A stretch of 64,000 bases of DNA from NCBI GenBank assembly GCA_963827235.1, contig CAWHAE010000010.1, positions 256,001 to 320,000 on the forward strand, given 5' to 3'. The notes beneath the pieces are model-generated. The model made no database searches and was not told where the DNA came from. It worked only from the letters and a program-made list of their open reading frames with translations. Each line of letters begins with the position of its first letter. Positions within the stretch are counted from its first letter, which is position 1. A program made the translations under genes and the position numbers. The stretch comes from an uncultured bacterium (GTDB lineage Bacteria; Chloroflexota; UBA5177; JANWHV01). Shown here one piece after another: positions 42,754 through 53,771 of the stretch.

Positions 42754-43797
42754 TCAATCGCCCGAGACGCGAATCACGAGCTTACCGAAGTTGCGCCCTT
42801 CCAGCAGCCCTATGAATGCAGCCGGCGCGTTGTCCAGACCCTCGACCACGTCCTCCCGATACTTGATGCGGCCTGCTCGCAGCCAGGCGCTCATCTGCGT
42901 GAAGAACTCACCGAAACGAGGGCCATAATCGAGCGTTATGATGAATCCCTGCACCTTGATCCGCCTGGTCAACAGCGTGCCCATCAGGCCCGGTAAGCGA
43001 TCGGGAGCGGCAGGCAGGCCCACGGCGTTGTAGTGCGCGATCAGGCCACACAGCGGTATGCGGGCTTTCGCATTGAGCAAGGGCAGCACGGCCAGGAACA
43101 CCTCGCCGCCCACGTTCTCGAAGTAGACGTCGATGCCGCCCGGGCAGGCCTCGCGTAACCGTTGCGGCAGATCCGGCGCGCTGTGGTCGAGGCACGCATC
43201 GAACCCCAGGACCTCGACGGCATAGCGGCACTTCTCAGGCCCGCCGGCAATGCCGATGGCCCGGCTGCCCTGGATCTTAGCGATCTGGCCCACAACCGAG
43301 CCGACAGCTCCCGTGGCCGCGGCCACCACCACGGTCTCGCCGGGCTGTGGCGCGCCAATATCGAGCAGGCCCATGTAGGCGGTGAAGCCCGGCATGCCGA
43401 GCACGCCAAGCGCGAGAGAGGGCGGTGCGAGGCCTGGGTCGAGCTTCGTGACCCCCGTGCCATCGGACACCGCGTAGTCCTGCCAGCCGCTGGACGCGAG
43501 GACCAGGTCACCAACCCGGAAGTCGGCGTGTCGCGAGGCCGCGACACGACAGACAGTGCCGCCTACCAGCACGTCGTCAAGCGCAACCGAAGCGGCGTAC
43601 GACGGACCGTCGTGCATACGCCCGCGCATGTACGGGTCAAGTGACAGGTAGATCGTGCGCAGCAACACCTGTCCGTCTGCAGGCTCGGGGACGGGTACGG
43701 TCTCCAAGCGAAAGTCCGAGGTCTTTGGCCTGCCAACCGGCCGTGCTGCCAAAACAATCCTGCGGTTGACTCGTTGGTGTTCACCGACATCCATCAT
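42754..43797 (-). CDS. NADP-dependent oxidoreductase (PTGR/CurA-YncB family)
   Basis: LSLDPYMRGRM, LGVLGMPGFTAY, AATGAVGSVVGQIAK, GIDVYFENVGG, GRNFGKL; AAAGGA RBS. Confidence 0.95.
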   Translation of the reverse strand: MMDVGEHQRVNRRIVLAARPVGRPKTSDFRLETVPVPEPADGQVLLRTIYLSLDPYMRGRMHDGPSYAASVALDDVLVGGTVCRVAASRHADFRVGDLVLASSGWQDYAVSDGTGVTKLDPGLAPPSLALGVLGMPGFTAYMGLLDIGAPQPGETVVVAAATGAVGSVVGQIAKIQGSRAIGIAGGPEKCRYAVEVLGFDACLDHSAPDLPQRLREACPGGIDVYFENVGGEVFLAVLPLLNAKARIPLCGLIAHYNAVGLPAAPDRLPGLMGTLLTRRIKVQGFIITLDYGPRFGEFFTQMSAWLRAGRIKYREDVVEGLDNAPAAFIGLLEGRNFGKLVIRVSGD

Positions 43798-44112
43798 GCG
43801 CCTGTCCTTTCGGCCGGCCTGAGAGGGCAACCTACTATAATGTCGTGCACTCTGGTGTGTGGTGCGTCCGACTGCATCCTCAAGCAGCACGCTGAGAAAG
43901 ATAGCGCATTCGGCGACCAGCGACTGTGCCGCGTTGTGCGAGCCGCGGACTGGTACCCCTGGCCCGGGTAGGGCGCCGCCGGGCTGTCGTGCCAGAATCG
44001 ACGCGTAGTGCCGCCTGACCTGCAGGACCGCTGGCGCTGCCAGAGGTGCCAAGCTCTTTGCCAGGTCCTCATCCGGAGGATCAAAGGCGTTGGGCGCGCG
44101 CCAGCGATCACG

Positions 44113-45263
44113 TCAGTGCTGAGTCCAGGTGTGGCCGGCGTTCGCTGTGGCCAGGATGAGACCGGCGCGTGCCGGCGGCAATGTCGTCATCACCAGCCAG
44201 CCCTGCTGGGAGGTGGGGAACGATATCGCGAGGTTCACATCATACCCGACTCCGGAGATCGATGGCTGGTTGTGCCAGCTGCTGCCGCTGTTCATGGTGT
44301 GTCCCACCGCCGTGGTACCGAGGCCGCACGCGACGCAGCCGCTTGCCAGGAAGGCGACCGTCCCACTCGCGCCGAGAGGACTTCCCGGTAGTTGCCGGGA
44401 CCCGGGATCGATTGCGACGTCCCAGGAGCCGGGCCCGCCCCGGCCGTACTCTCGGCCACCACAACCCGCCAATGGGCACCGGCGTCACCCGTGCGATAGA
44501 GTGCGTAAGCATGCTGGCTCATGCCGTACCCGCCTTCCAGCGTCACCCATACCGTCGAGGGGGCCGTGCAGGCAATCTGCCCCCCGTACTGGTATCCGGG
44601 ACCGGCCGTGAGGGTCGCCAGCCAGGAGCGACCACCGGTGGTGGTGTGCCACACGGTGTCACCTTGCAGCGCTACCGCCCAAAGGTCGGTGAGCGGGCCG
44701 CTGCCGGCGCCCGGTGGGGCTGCACAGACCGCCGTGACTGCTCCGGGGGTGGTGAGCGCCGTCCAGGTCTGGCCGCCGTCGGAGGTGGTCACGATCCAGC
44801 CGCCTCCGGCGGTGGCGTTCGCTGTGGCGACGCCGACGCCTCGCGTCGGGCTGACAAAGCGGATGGACAACAATTGGGCCAGGTAGAACTGGCCGGAGGG
44901 TTCCTGCGCCATGCGCCAATGCATGCCCCCATCGGTGGTGCGAAGGAGCACGGCCGTTTGGGTCGCGGTGGTGCCCAGGGCCCAGCCGTCTTGGGTGCTC
45001 ACGAAGTCGAGTGCGCTGATAGTCGCGGCCGGATTGGTCTGCCGCGTCCAGGTCCGGCCGCCATCGCGGGTGGCGAGGAGACCGGTGCCGGCGGCCCAGC
45101 CGTGCTGGGCATCGACGAAGTCGACGGCATCAAGCATCCCGATCGCGGGATGCGTCGCGGCCGACCGGGCTAGGGCCGAGGGCGACCGCGGGCCGGATGA
45201 CGCGCCAATCAGGGTCCAGATGAGGGCGACGCAGGCCGCGCGGATCAGGGTCGTCGTTCGCAT
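44113..45263 (-). pseudogene. Secreted Ycf48/BNR-repeat beta-propeller protein, frameshifted near 44385
   Basis: Signal peptide; repeated FVDAQHGWA..TRDGGRTW units; the C-terminal repeats continue in ORF 44113..44472. Confidence 0.75.
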
Positions 45264-45856
45264 CGAGAGCACTCCTTCGGTGATGACGCTTTAGCACAGC
45301 CCGCGGATGGCAGCCCTGCGACTTGACTTGCAGCGGCGCGCTCGTGAGTGTGCGGCTCGGTCCGGCACGCCTCACGCTACACATGGCAACGCTAATGTTC
45401 AAGCCCCTGGCGGTGTCGCGTCGGGCGTGGGCGTTCCGTGCGCCTAGACCAGTGCAGCGATAGCACCCCAGACAGCGAACGATGGATCCTCGAGCGGTCG
45501 ATACGTCCTCGGCAAAGTACGTCGCCTCGAGGTCTCCTGTCGAGCTACGCAGGAGCGCAACCTGCAAACCGAGGTGCGTGTTCGCAGGCGAGGCGTATTG
45601 AATCAACGAAACGACGTGGGTCAAGCCGCCCACACAGAAGCTTCCGTCTCGAGAGAATGCGAGGGGCGCAAGCCTCACGGCCGGGCCGACCAGGCCTGGG
45701 CTCCTGGTGCGGGAGCGTGCGCGTGTGTCGGATAGCCCTGTCAGGCCAGGTGGTCAGGGTGCCTGTACATGGCGGCCGGTTCGGCGCATAATGCGGGAGC
45801 AGGCTCAGCGCAACGGTGAGTAGCGCGGTAAGCGCGCGGCAAGGTGACGTGCGGCC

Positions 45857-47503
45857 ATGCGGCAGTCTCGACCACATTGCCTGGCAGCGTTACAGATTGC
45901 GCTAGTCCCGGTGCTCGTCGTCGCCGGGCTGGCGAACGTGCGTGTAGCGGCCGCCGCGGCACCTGCAGCGTGCTCGCTGCCGCACCGGCTCGTCGTGGTG
46001 GGCGGCGCGCGAGCGCTGGCCGTGGACGCCGAGGCGCACCTGCTGATCGTGGCGGCGCAATCCACGCTGGTTCTGCTCGACAGCTGCACTGGGAAGCTGG
46101 TGACGCGAGTGAGTGCCGGTGGAGCAGCCACGCAGGTGGCAGTCGATGCTGCTGCGGGCAGGGCCTTGGTCGTGGTGGCGTCGCGGGTCCGCCTGTTCGA
46201 CACTCGCCACCGCCGCTGGCTGGCTGACGCGCGGCTTCCCGCGGACGCCCGTCCGCGGCAGATGGCGATCGCCGGCGAGACGCACGAGGCACTGCTTGTC
46301 GATCCCGGCTACGCCGCGCTGTGGGTGGTGGACACGAGGACCGGGGCGGTCGTCCACCATGTAGGGGGCCTGCGCGGCACGCTGGACGCTGTGGCGCTGG
46401 ATGCCGGCCGCCATCGGGCCTTCGTGGCCAGTGCCAGCACCAGCAGCGTTGGCGTCATCGATTGTGTCCGGTGGAGGCTGCTGCGGTGGACCGGCGTCGG
46501 GCGCTGGCCGCTTGCGCTGGCAGTGAGCGTGCGGGCGGGGCGCGTATTTGTGGCGAACCGTGACAGCGGGACGGTGAGTGTGCTGGACAGCGCGAGCGGC
46601 CGGCTCCTCCAGACTGTGGCCCTGCAGCTGACGCCGCGAGCCGTGGCGGTCGATGAACGGCGCCAGCGGGCGTATATTGCCACGCAGGGTGCTGGAGCAG
46701 GTGCAGAGGGGCAGCTGGTCGTGGCGGACGTCAACACGGGGAAGCTGCTTGGCCGGCTACGAGAGAGGCCGAGTGGTGCCGCGCTGGCGGTCGATGCACA
46801 GACGGGCACCATCCTGTGCTTGGAGCAAGGCACGGGTGCTATCGAGGTGGTGGTGGCCGGCACCATGGCGGGCCCAGCAGCACAGCCGACCGCGACGTAC
46901 CGCGCCTCGGCGACGAACTCGGCGACGCCACGGAGTACTGCGAGCGCGACTGCGACACCGCGTCCAACCGTCACCGTGACGCTGTCCCCCACGCGCACCG
47001 CGGCGCCCACCATGAGCGTCACGCCGCAGTCTACGCCCACGGCGACGCCCACCGCTCTTCCGACGTACACACCGGTGCCGACGAACACACCCCTGCCCAC
47101 CTACACGCCCCCGCCGACGCCTTCACCAACGGCCTCGTTGCTCCCGACCCCGACGGTCACTGGGACGCCGACGCCAACCGTGACCGCCACGCCGGTGCCT
47201 CTCTCGGCCGCGCAACTGGTGGGCAACTGGAACAATGTCCTCGCCTACACGCCCAGCGTGCCGCAGGTGACAATCTTGGCCAACGCCGATGGCAGCTACG
47301 CCGTGCACGGCTACGGCAGCTGCTCCCCCACGTACTGTGACTGGGGCGTAACGCCACTTATTGTGGTACCCGGCAGCGCGACGGCCGTCGCCCAGTTCGA
47401 CAATGGCAATACGCTGGTCCTCAGCCTGAGCGGAAACGAGCTACGAGTGGACGACCACCGCACAAGCGGCCCCGTCACGACCGACTACCTAGTCCGGGCC
47501 TAG
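45857..47503 (+). CDS. Secreted YncE/YVTN-type beta-propeller protein with a Pro/Thr linker
   Basis: Signal peptide; VFVANRDSGTVSVLD repeats; TPTATP linker; C-terminal domain GSCSPTYCDWG. Confidence 0.85.
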   Translation: MRQSRPHCLAALQIALVPVLVVAGLANVRVAAAAAPAACSLPHRLVVVGGARALAVDAEAHLLIVAAQSTLVLLDSCTGKLVTRVSAGGAATQVAVDAAAGRALVVVASRVRLFDTRHRRWLADARLPADARPRQMAIAGETHEALLVDPGYAALWVVDTRTGAVVHHVGGLRGTLDAVALDAGRHRAFVASASTSSVGVIDCVRWRLLRWTGVGRWPLALAVSVRAGRVFVANRDSGTVSVLDSASGRLLQTVALQLTPRAVAVDERRQRAYIATQGAGAGAEGQLVVADVNTGKLLGRLRERPSGAALAVDAQTGTILCLEQGTGAIEVVVAGTMAGPAAQPTATYRASATNSATPRSTASATATPRPTVTVTLSPTRTAAPTMSVTPQSTPTATPTALPTYTPVPTNTPLPTYTPPPTPSPTASLLPTPTVTGTPTPTVTATPVPLSAAQLVGNWNNVLAYTPSVPQVTILANADGSYAVHGYGSCSPTYCDWGVTPLIVVPGSATAVAQFDNGNTLVLSLSGNELRVDDHRTSGPVTTDYLVRA

Positions 47504-47888
47504 GGTTTGACCCGCCGCGAAGGTGTGGCCAATGAGGGACGAGCGCACGTGGCTCTAGGGGTCTTTCCAGGGTGGTGGAGCATGCGGGTCAGAAAAACGC
47601 CGACCCGGCCACGATCACCTGCGCTGATCGGAGGCTTTCGCGAGCAGTCGCCTTCACGAACGGCTCGAGTATGAAGTTCTCTTGGTCGCGGATCTTGATA
47701 CCCTCGAGGGTGGCCGGCAGGCCTGGAATCACGATTCCCGGGTAGTGGTAGCTGGGCTGGCAAGTCAGCGAGAGCAGGCCGTAATGGTATGCCTGCAGGA
47801 AGTAGAGCGTCATCGTCCCACCGAGGCGGCACCACTTCTGGCTCCCCGCGTTGAAGACAAAGGACCGCAAGAACATACTTGCGCATGC

Positions 47889-50800
47889 TTAGCCTTGCCC
47901 GGCGACGATCTCGCGCACCATGTTATTCCCGGTGTCGGCGACATAGACGTTGACGCCACGTGGGAGCCGCGCTCCCCGATACACAGCGTACGTCGCCACG
48001 CCATAAGGCTGATCCAGCTCTGCCCGCGTCGCCGGGCCGGAGCCTCCGGCGAGACCAGTCACGCCGGTACCGGCTAGGGTGCGAATTGGGTCGGTGCTGG
48101 ACAGTAGAGGGCCGCCCACTTGGCGGATGACCTCACGCACCGCGTCGTTGCCGGCGTCGGCGACGACGATGTTGCCCATGTAGTCCAGAGCCACGCCTCG
48201 CGGCTGGTTAAGCTCAGCCTGGCCGGCCTCCCCACCGTCGCCCGCATAGCCCTGTTCGCCGTTTCCGGCCAACGTGCTGATCGCCGGTGTACCTTGCCTC
48301 GATACCCGGCGAATCACGTTGTTTCCGGTGTCGGCGATGTACATATCACCCCACCCGGCATAGGATCCATCCGGCCGGATAGCGACGTCCTCCGGTCCGC
48401 GTAGCCGCGCCTGGGCGGCGGTGCCGCCGTCGCCACTGTAGCCTGCCATGCCGTTCCCGGCCACGGTGCTGATCCTGTGGGCGGCCAATATGACCTCGCG
48501 AATCCTGTTGTTTCCCGTGTCCGCGATGAACAGGTTGCGGTGACTGTCCACAGCGACGCCACACGGTCCGTCCAGCATGGCCGCAGTCGGCGGGCCGCCA
48601 TCTCCGTCGAACCCGGCCTGGCCATCGCCGGCTACGGTCGATATGATGCCGGATCCGAGGTCCACCTCGCGGATCGCGTTGTTGCCCGTATCGGCGATAT
48701 ACAGCAACTCGTCGCCGGATAGCGCCAGGCCCTCGGGCGCGTTCAGCCGAGCGGCGGCAGCAGGTCCGCCGTCGCCGGCGTAGCCGGGCAGGGTGCTGCT
48801 GCCTACCTCCTGCGTCAGGAGGCCGGTCGACGCATGCAGCTCCATTACGCGATTAAACAGCGTGTCCGCAATGAAAACATTGCCGTGGGAATCCACCGCA
48901 AGTGATCGCGGTTCATCCAGGCCGGCCTGGACAGCCGGTACCTGCCAAGAGAAAGCGCCGGCCTTCCCCGTGCCCGCCGCCGTCAGCACCGTCGCCGAGA
49001 CGGCCTGCGGTGGTGCGCCGACCTCGCGTATCATGTCGTTGCCCGAGTCGGCAATATAGAGGTTGCCTGCAGCGTCGAGGGCGATGGCGCTAGGCTGACT
49101 CAGCTCCGCCTGGATCGCCGGGCCACCGTCTCCGCTGAAACCGCCGATAGTGGCGGCCTGGAAGCCCCCGTGCTTGGCATCATAGCCGCCGCGATAGGCA
49201 GCATACCCGGTGCCGGCGACGCTCATAATGATGCCGCTGGCTGCGAACACTTCGCGTACCGTGGCACAGCCGCTATCCACGATATACAGATTGCCCGCGC
49301 GGTCCAGCGCGAGGCCGGTTGGCCGGATCAGCCCGGCTGATTGTGCCTGATCCCCGTCTCCCACACATCCGTACGTCGTGGGCCCGGTCCCAACTCTGCC
49401 GTGAGGGCCCGAGACGAAGCCATTCCTGTCGGCGGCAGCGTAGAGGTGGCCGGCGCTATCCACGGCCAAGCCCTCCGGCCGGCTGACCTCGTCTATACCA
49501 AGCACCGCGGTGATCACGTGACGGCTCAGGCTCAGCTTGAGCAGGACCACGCCCTGGTCCGAGGTGCCGTAGGCAATGTAGAGATTGTCCTCCCGATCGA
49601 TGGCCAGCGCGTGGGGTGCCAGCAGCGGCGCGACAGGAGCCGCAACGCCCTGAGCGAGGCGCCCGGGATTGTTGCTGGCGGACACGGTCGAGATGATGCC
49701 GCTGCCGGTGTGCACCTCCCGGATACGCTGATTCCCGCTGTCGACGATGTACAGATTGCCGGCGCTGTCCAGCGCCAGCCCTTCCGGCGAGGCCAGCAGC
49801 GCCTTCGTGGCGGGGCCACCATCGCCGCCGTCGCCTCGTGTGCCGGTGCCGGCGAACGTTGTGATGATGCCGGTTGCCGCGTCCACCCGGCGGACCTGCT
49901 GGTTATTGGTGTCCGCAATGTACAGGTTGCCAGCGCGATCGACCGCCACGCCTTGCGGATGATTGAGCCATGCCCGCGTGGCAGGCCCGCCATCACCGCT
50001 GTGGCCGGCGCGTCCGGCGCCTGCGACGGTGAGAATCTGTCCGGCACGCGGTCGCGCTGGCGTGCCCTGCAGCCTGCTCCGCCCGAGGTCAGGAGTTGGC
50101 TGTGTGGTCGGGGTGGCCGTTGCCGGCGGCGTGGACGCGCTGCTCTGCTTGAGGGCGTCCGCGGGCGCGAAGACCTCGCGCACGACGTTCGCCTGTGCAT
50201 CGGCGATGTAGAGATCACCCTCGCCATCCACGGCGATGCCCTGAACACAATCGAATTCCGCCTTCGTGGCAGGCCCCGCATCGCCGCTATAGCCGACCTG
50301 GCCGGTGCCCGCGACCGTGAAGATGGCCCGGGATGAACGCTCCACCATGCGCACCACGTTGTTGCCGTCCGCGATGTAGAGGTCGCTCTGCTGGTCCACA
50401 GCCACGGATGTTGCCAGAAACAAAGACGCCTGCGTAGCCTGCCTGCCGTCGCCGCTGTACCCGCTGTGGCCGCTGCCCGCGACCCCGATTACCCCGCCAA
50501 CGGCTGAGATCTCGCGCACGCGCATATTCCCGGTGTCGGCAACGTACACGTTGCCGCGTGCGTCCGCGGCCAGTCCGCTCGGATCGTACAGGCCGTCGGT
50601 GTTGCGAGCGCCATTCCCCGCTACCGTGCTGATGATGCCGGTTGTCCCGTCGACCTTGCGTACGCGCTGGTGGGCACTGTCGGCGATGAACACGTCTCCG
50701 CCGGCATCCACGGCAACGGAGACCGGGTTGATCGCGGCGTCGATAGCCGGTCCGCCGTCCCGCAGCGCGATGCTCTTGCCGGGCCCGGCTATCGTGGTGA

Positions 50801-52475
50801 TGATCCCGGTCGCGGCGCGCACCTCCCGGACCCTGCCGTTGCCCGTGTCGGCGATGAAAAGATCGCCTGCCGCGTCGACCGCAACCCCCTGCGGTGCTGA
50901 TAATTCCGCCGCCATTGCCTTGTGGCCGTCACCGGCGAACCCTGCCGTGCCGTCGCCGGCCACGGTGGTGATCTTGGCCATGGTCATCGGCCAGGACGAG
51001 TGGACCTCGCGAATGACATTGTTCCCCGTATCGGCGATGAACACATCGCCGGCCTTGTCCACCGCCAGAGACCTTGGCCCATCGAGCATCGCGCGCCGGG
51101 CACTGCCGCCATCCCCGAACCAGCCTGCCGTTCCATCCCCGGCAATGGTCATGATCTCGCCGGCCGGCATGGATGGCACGTGCGGTGACGGCGAACCATG
51201 TGCCTGCGGGGTGATGTCAGGAATCCGGATGACTGTCGGCGTACCGGCCGGCGTGGAGGTTGCGGTTGCCGCGCCGGCAACTGCGGGCGCGGCAACCTCC
51301 AGCACCTGGTTGGCATTATTGTCGGTGAGATACAGGTTGCCCGCGCCGTCCACGGCGATGCCCCACAGGTTGTCGAAGTCGAAGCTGGTCGCAGCGTCGT
51401 GCAGGTCGCAGGGGTACCTGGCTTCCGTGTCGGCAGTACCGGCTACGGTGACTATCCTGCCCGTCGGATCCACCATGCGCAGCACGTCATCGGCGGTGAT
51501 GTACAGGTTGCCTTTCCCATCCACGGCGACGTCACGAGGCTCGTAGAGCCCCACCGCGTTCGCCGTCGCCTGACCGCAGTCGCCGCCGTAGCCGCCGTTT
51601 CCGCTGCCGGCGGCCACGCTCATGACGTGGGGCGGTGCGGCGTCCACCTTGCGCACGCGCAGGTTGTTGTAGTCGGCGATGTACAGGTTGCCGGCGGTGT
51701 CCAGGGCCAGGCCACTGGGCCCGGAGAGCTTGGCCTGGATCGCCCGCACGCTGGCACACTGCTCCGGCGCGCAGCCCACGCCGCTGGCGTCGTCCCTATT
51801 GTTCCCCGCCACGGTCGTGATCGTGCGCGGGCTCGCGGTGTTGATCTCGCGCACCTCCGTGCCGTCGACGACGTAGACGTTGCCGGCGGCATCGACCGCG
51901 ATGCCTTTGGGGTCCATTGCGGCGCCGAGCGCCGGTCCGCTGGGCTCCCGGTCGGTCGCATTCCCGTCGCCGCTATCCCCCGCCACGGTGGTGATACTGT
52001 GCAGGTCGGCAGACACCTCGAGCACCCGGTGGTCGCCAGTGTCGGCGATGAACAGGTTGCCCTGTGCATCCACGGCAACACCTGCCGGGTTCTCCAGCGC
52101 GGCGTCGGTGGGCGACCCGCCGCTCGCCGCGTCGTCGCTACCGCCCCCGGCCACGGTGGTCAGGGTCCGCGTGCCCGGTTTGATCTCGCGAACCAGGCTG
52201 TTGCCGGTGTCCGCGACGAACACGTCGCCGGCTGCGCTCACCGCTATTCCCTCCGGCTCCTTGAGCGGGGGAGTGCCGCTGCCGGAGATATTCGCGATGC
52301 AGCCACGCGCCATAGCGACGCCAGGTTGGCAGAAGGGCTGCACCTGCGCCGGCCGTGCACTGGCGGCCATGACGCCTGCGGGAAGGCGGGGTCTCCAGTC
52401 TGCCGGCCGGCTCAGCCCTATCGGCAGCACCACGAACGCAACACACACGCACCGCGGTTGCCATACTCGCCACAT
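47889..52475 (-). CDS. Large secreted NHL-repeat protein (four propeller blocks)
   Basis: Many P.G.AVD..GNLYIADTGN..VR.V...G.I.TVAG.G..G.SGDGG repeats; GGGAGG RBS before ATG 52475. Confidence 0.92.
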   Translation of the reverse strand: MWRVWQPRCVCVAFVVLPIGLSRPADWRPRLPAGVMAASARPAQVQPFCQPGVAMARGCIANISGSGTPPLKEPEGIAVSAAGDVFVADTGNSLVREIKPGTRTLTTVAGGGSDDAASGGSPTDAALENPAGVAVDAQGNLFIADTGDHRVLEVSADLHSITTVAGDSGDGNATDREPSGPALGAAMDPKGIAVDAAGNVYVVDGTEVREINTASPRTITTVAGNNRDDASGVGCAPEQCASVRAIQAKLSGPSGLALDTAGNLYIADYNNLRVRKVDAAPPHVMSVAAGSGNGGYGGDCGQATANAVGLYEPRDVAVDGKGNLYITADDVLRMVDPTGRIVTVAGTADTEARYPCDLHDAATSFDFDNLWGIAVDGAGNLYLTDNNANQVLEVAAPAVAGAATATSTPAGTPTVIRIPDITPQAHGSPSPHVPSMPAGEIMTIAGDGTAGWFGDGGSARRAMLDGPRSLAVDKAGDVFIADTGNNVIREVHSSWPMTMAKITTVAGDGTAGFAGDGHKAMAAELSAPQGVAVDAAGDLFIADTGNGRVREVRAATGIITTIAGPGKSIALRDGGPAIDAAINPVSVAVDAGGDVFIADSAHQRVRKVDGTTGIISTVAGNGARNTDGLYDPSGLAADARGNVYVADTGNMRVREISAVGGVIGVAGSGHSGYSGDGRQATQASLFLATSVAVDQQSDLYIADGNNVVRMVERSSRAIFTVAGTGQVGYSGDAGPATKAEFDCVQGIAVDGEGDLYIADAQANVVREVFAPADALKQSSASTPPATATPTTQPTPDLGRSRLQGTPARPRAGQILTVAGAGRAGHSGDGGPATRAWLNHPQGVAVDRAGNLYIADTNNQQVRRVDAATGIITTFAGTGTRGDGGDGGPATKALLASPEGLALDSAGNLYIVDSGNQRIREVHTGSGIISTVSASNNPGRLAQGVAAPVAPLLAPHALAIDREDNLYIAYGTSDQGVVLLKLSLSRHVITAVLGIDEVSRPEGLAVDSAGHLYAAADRNGFVSGPHGRVGTGPTTYGCVGDGDQAQSAGLIRPTGLALDRAGNLYIVDSGCATVREVFAASGIIMSVAGTGYAAYRGGYDAKHGGFQAATIGGFSGDGGPAIQAELSQPSAIALDAAGNLYIADSGNDMIREVGAPPQAVSATVLTAAGTGKAGAFSWQVPAVQAGLDEPRSLAVDSHGNVFIADTLFNRVMELHASTGLLTQEVGSSTLPGYAGDGGPAAAARLNAPEGLALSGDELLYIADTGNNAIREVDLGSGIISTVAGDGQAGFDGDGGPPTAAMLDGPCGVAVDSHRNLFIADTGNNRIREVILAAHRISTVAGNGMAGYSGDGGTAAQARLRGPEDVAIRPDGSYAGWGDMYIADTGNNVIRRVSRQGTPAISTLAGNGEQGYAGDGGEAGQAELNQPRGVALDYMGNIVVADAGNDAVREVIRQVGGPLLSSTDPIRTLAGTGVTGLAGGSGPATRAELDQPYGVATYAVYRGARLPRGVNVYVADTGNNMVREIVAGQG

Positions 52476-52864
52476 GATGGCCTCCCTCACTCCGGTGAGG
52501 CTGCCGTGACCTCCTCGGGCACTCATCCATCCTGTTGGGCTTGAGGCTCGCGGCCCAATCATACTGCTGTTCAACTCGCTTCGCAATGGAGTAGCCGATC
52601 CTGCAGATGCACACACGGTAGTCGATCTGTCACCGCGACCGCCTGCGCACTGAGCACGCGGACCTTGCAGCATATGCAATCCATCGGCGCATTGTTCACT
52701 CCGACCGATGTCCTTGAGATTTGAGATAACATTACGCCCCGCACAGGGCGCTGGGCGCCTGGCGGCAGTACACAACGGCGCTGGTGGTCGGGTCAAGGAG
52801 CGGATGGCCGGTACCATAGGCTAGCTCTGGAGGGTACTGACCCATGTTTCCTCCATGCGGCGGC

Positions 52865-52895
52865 TTGACTTTGACCTTGGGGGAAGCCGCAGTCT
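52865..52895 (+). promoter_or_regulatory. MerR-type promoter with a 19-bp spacer
   Basis: TTGACT-19 nt-CAGTCT with an imperfect dyad in the spacer, directly upstream of the MerR gene. Confidence 0.65.
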
Positions 52896-52931
52896 TGTTC
52901 TGTAACGGTCATGTCGATGAGGAGCGAGCAC

Positions 52932-53771
52932 GTGGATCAGATGAGCATCGGAGAGTTCGCCAGACGTTCGCGACTCTCCGCCAAGGCATTGCGGCTCTAT
53001 GACGAGCTAGGTCTACTGCCGCCTGCACGGGTGGATGAGGATTCTGGCTACCGCTTCTACGAGCTCGGCCAGCTGGGGCAGGCACGCCTGATCGCGGCGC
53101 TGCGCCAGCTGCAGGTCCCGCTGGCGGAGATCAAGGCGATCCTGCCGCTCGAGCGGGTGCACGCAGCAGAGCGCGTCCGCCAGCTCAGGGCTGCCGCCGA
53201 GGCCGAGCACGCGGCCCTCCGTGCGCTCGCTACCTACCTGATCGACGAGCTGAGCGGGAAGGGGCCTGTTGTGTACGAGGTCGGCACGCGGCAGATGCCC
53301 GAGCGGAGCCTGCTGTGTGTGAAGCGCAACGTCGTCGGGGTGGATCGGGCGTGGGCGTTCGGCAAGGAGTTCGTCGGCCTGCTTCGGCACTACCAGCTGC
53401 CGCAGCTACCGGGACGCCCCGGCGCGTTCTTCTGTATCTTCTGGGGTGAGGTCAGCGAGGACAGCGACGGTCCGATGGAGTGGTGCCGTCCCGTCCCAGC
53501 AGACGAGGCGGAAGCGCTCGCCGCCCGCTGCCCGGAGCTGACCCTGCGTGCCGAGCCCGCCCACCAGGAGGCGTTCGTGAAGATCGTCGATGGGCAAGTC
53601 GACGGCGCCGACTGGCACGTGGTCTCACGATCGCTGGAGGCGTGGAGCGAGCAGCAGCCAGACATACTCCCGACTGATCTGGGATTGCGGCTCACCTATC
53701 TCCCCAGCGAAGTGGGGCAGGATACCTACCAAGACTTCGCGGTCCCGTTCGACGGTCGGACACGCGGATGA
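52932..53771 (+). CDS. MerR-family regulator with a GyrI-like effector domain
   Basis: MSIGEFARRSRLSAKALRLYDELGLL.PARVDEDSGYRFY. Confidence 0.93.
   Translation: MDQMSIGEFARRSRLSAKALRLYDELGLLPPARVDEDSGYRFYELGQLGQARLIAALRQLQVPLAEIKAILPLERVHAAERVRQLRAAAEAEHAALRALATYLIDELSGKGPVVYEVGTRQMPERSLLCVKRNVVGVDRAWAFGKEFVGLLRHYQLPQLPGRPGAFFCIFWGEVSEDSDGPMEWCRPVPADEAEALAARCPELTLRAEPAHQEAFVKIVDGQVDGADWHVVSRSLEAWSEQQPDILPTDLGLRLTYLPSEVGQDTYQDFAVPFDGRTRG

Noticed and set aside
46880-47200. Repetitive ACGCCC/ACGCCG tract
   Set aside because: It encodes the Pro/Thr linker of the YncE-like protein and is not an independent DNA repeat.
47589-47876. 95-aa ORF after the NHL gene
   Set aside because: No recognisable motif or convincing RBS, so it cannot be supported as a gene.
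52565-52576. 12-mer TGCTGTTCAACT shared with the 239-bp repeat
   Set aside because: A post-hoc 12-bp match to any part of a 239-bp query is expected by chance in 64 kb.
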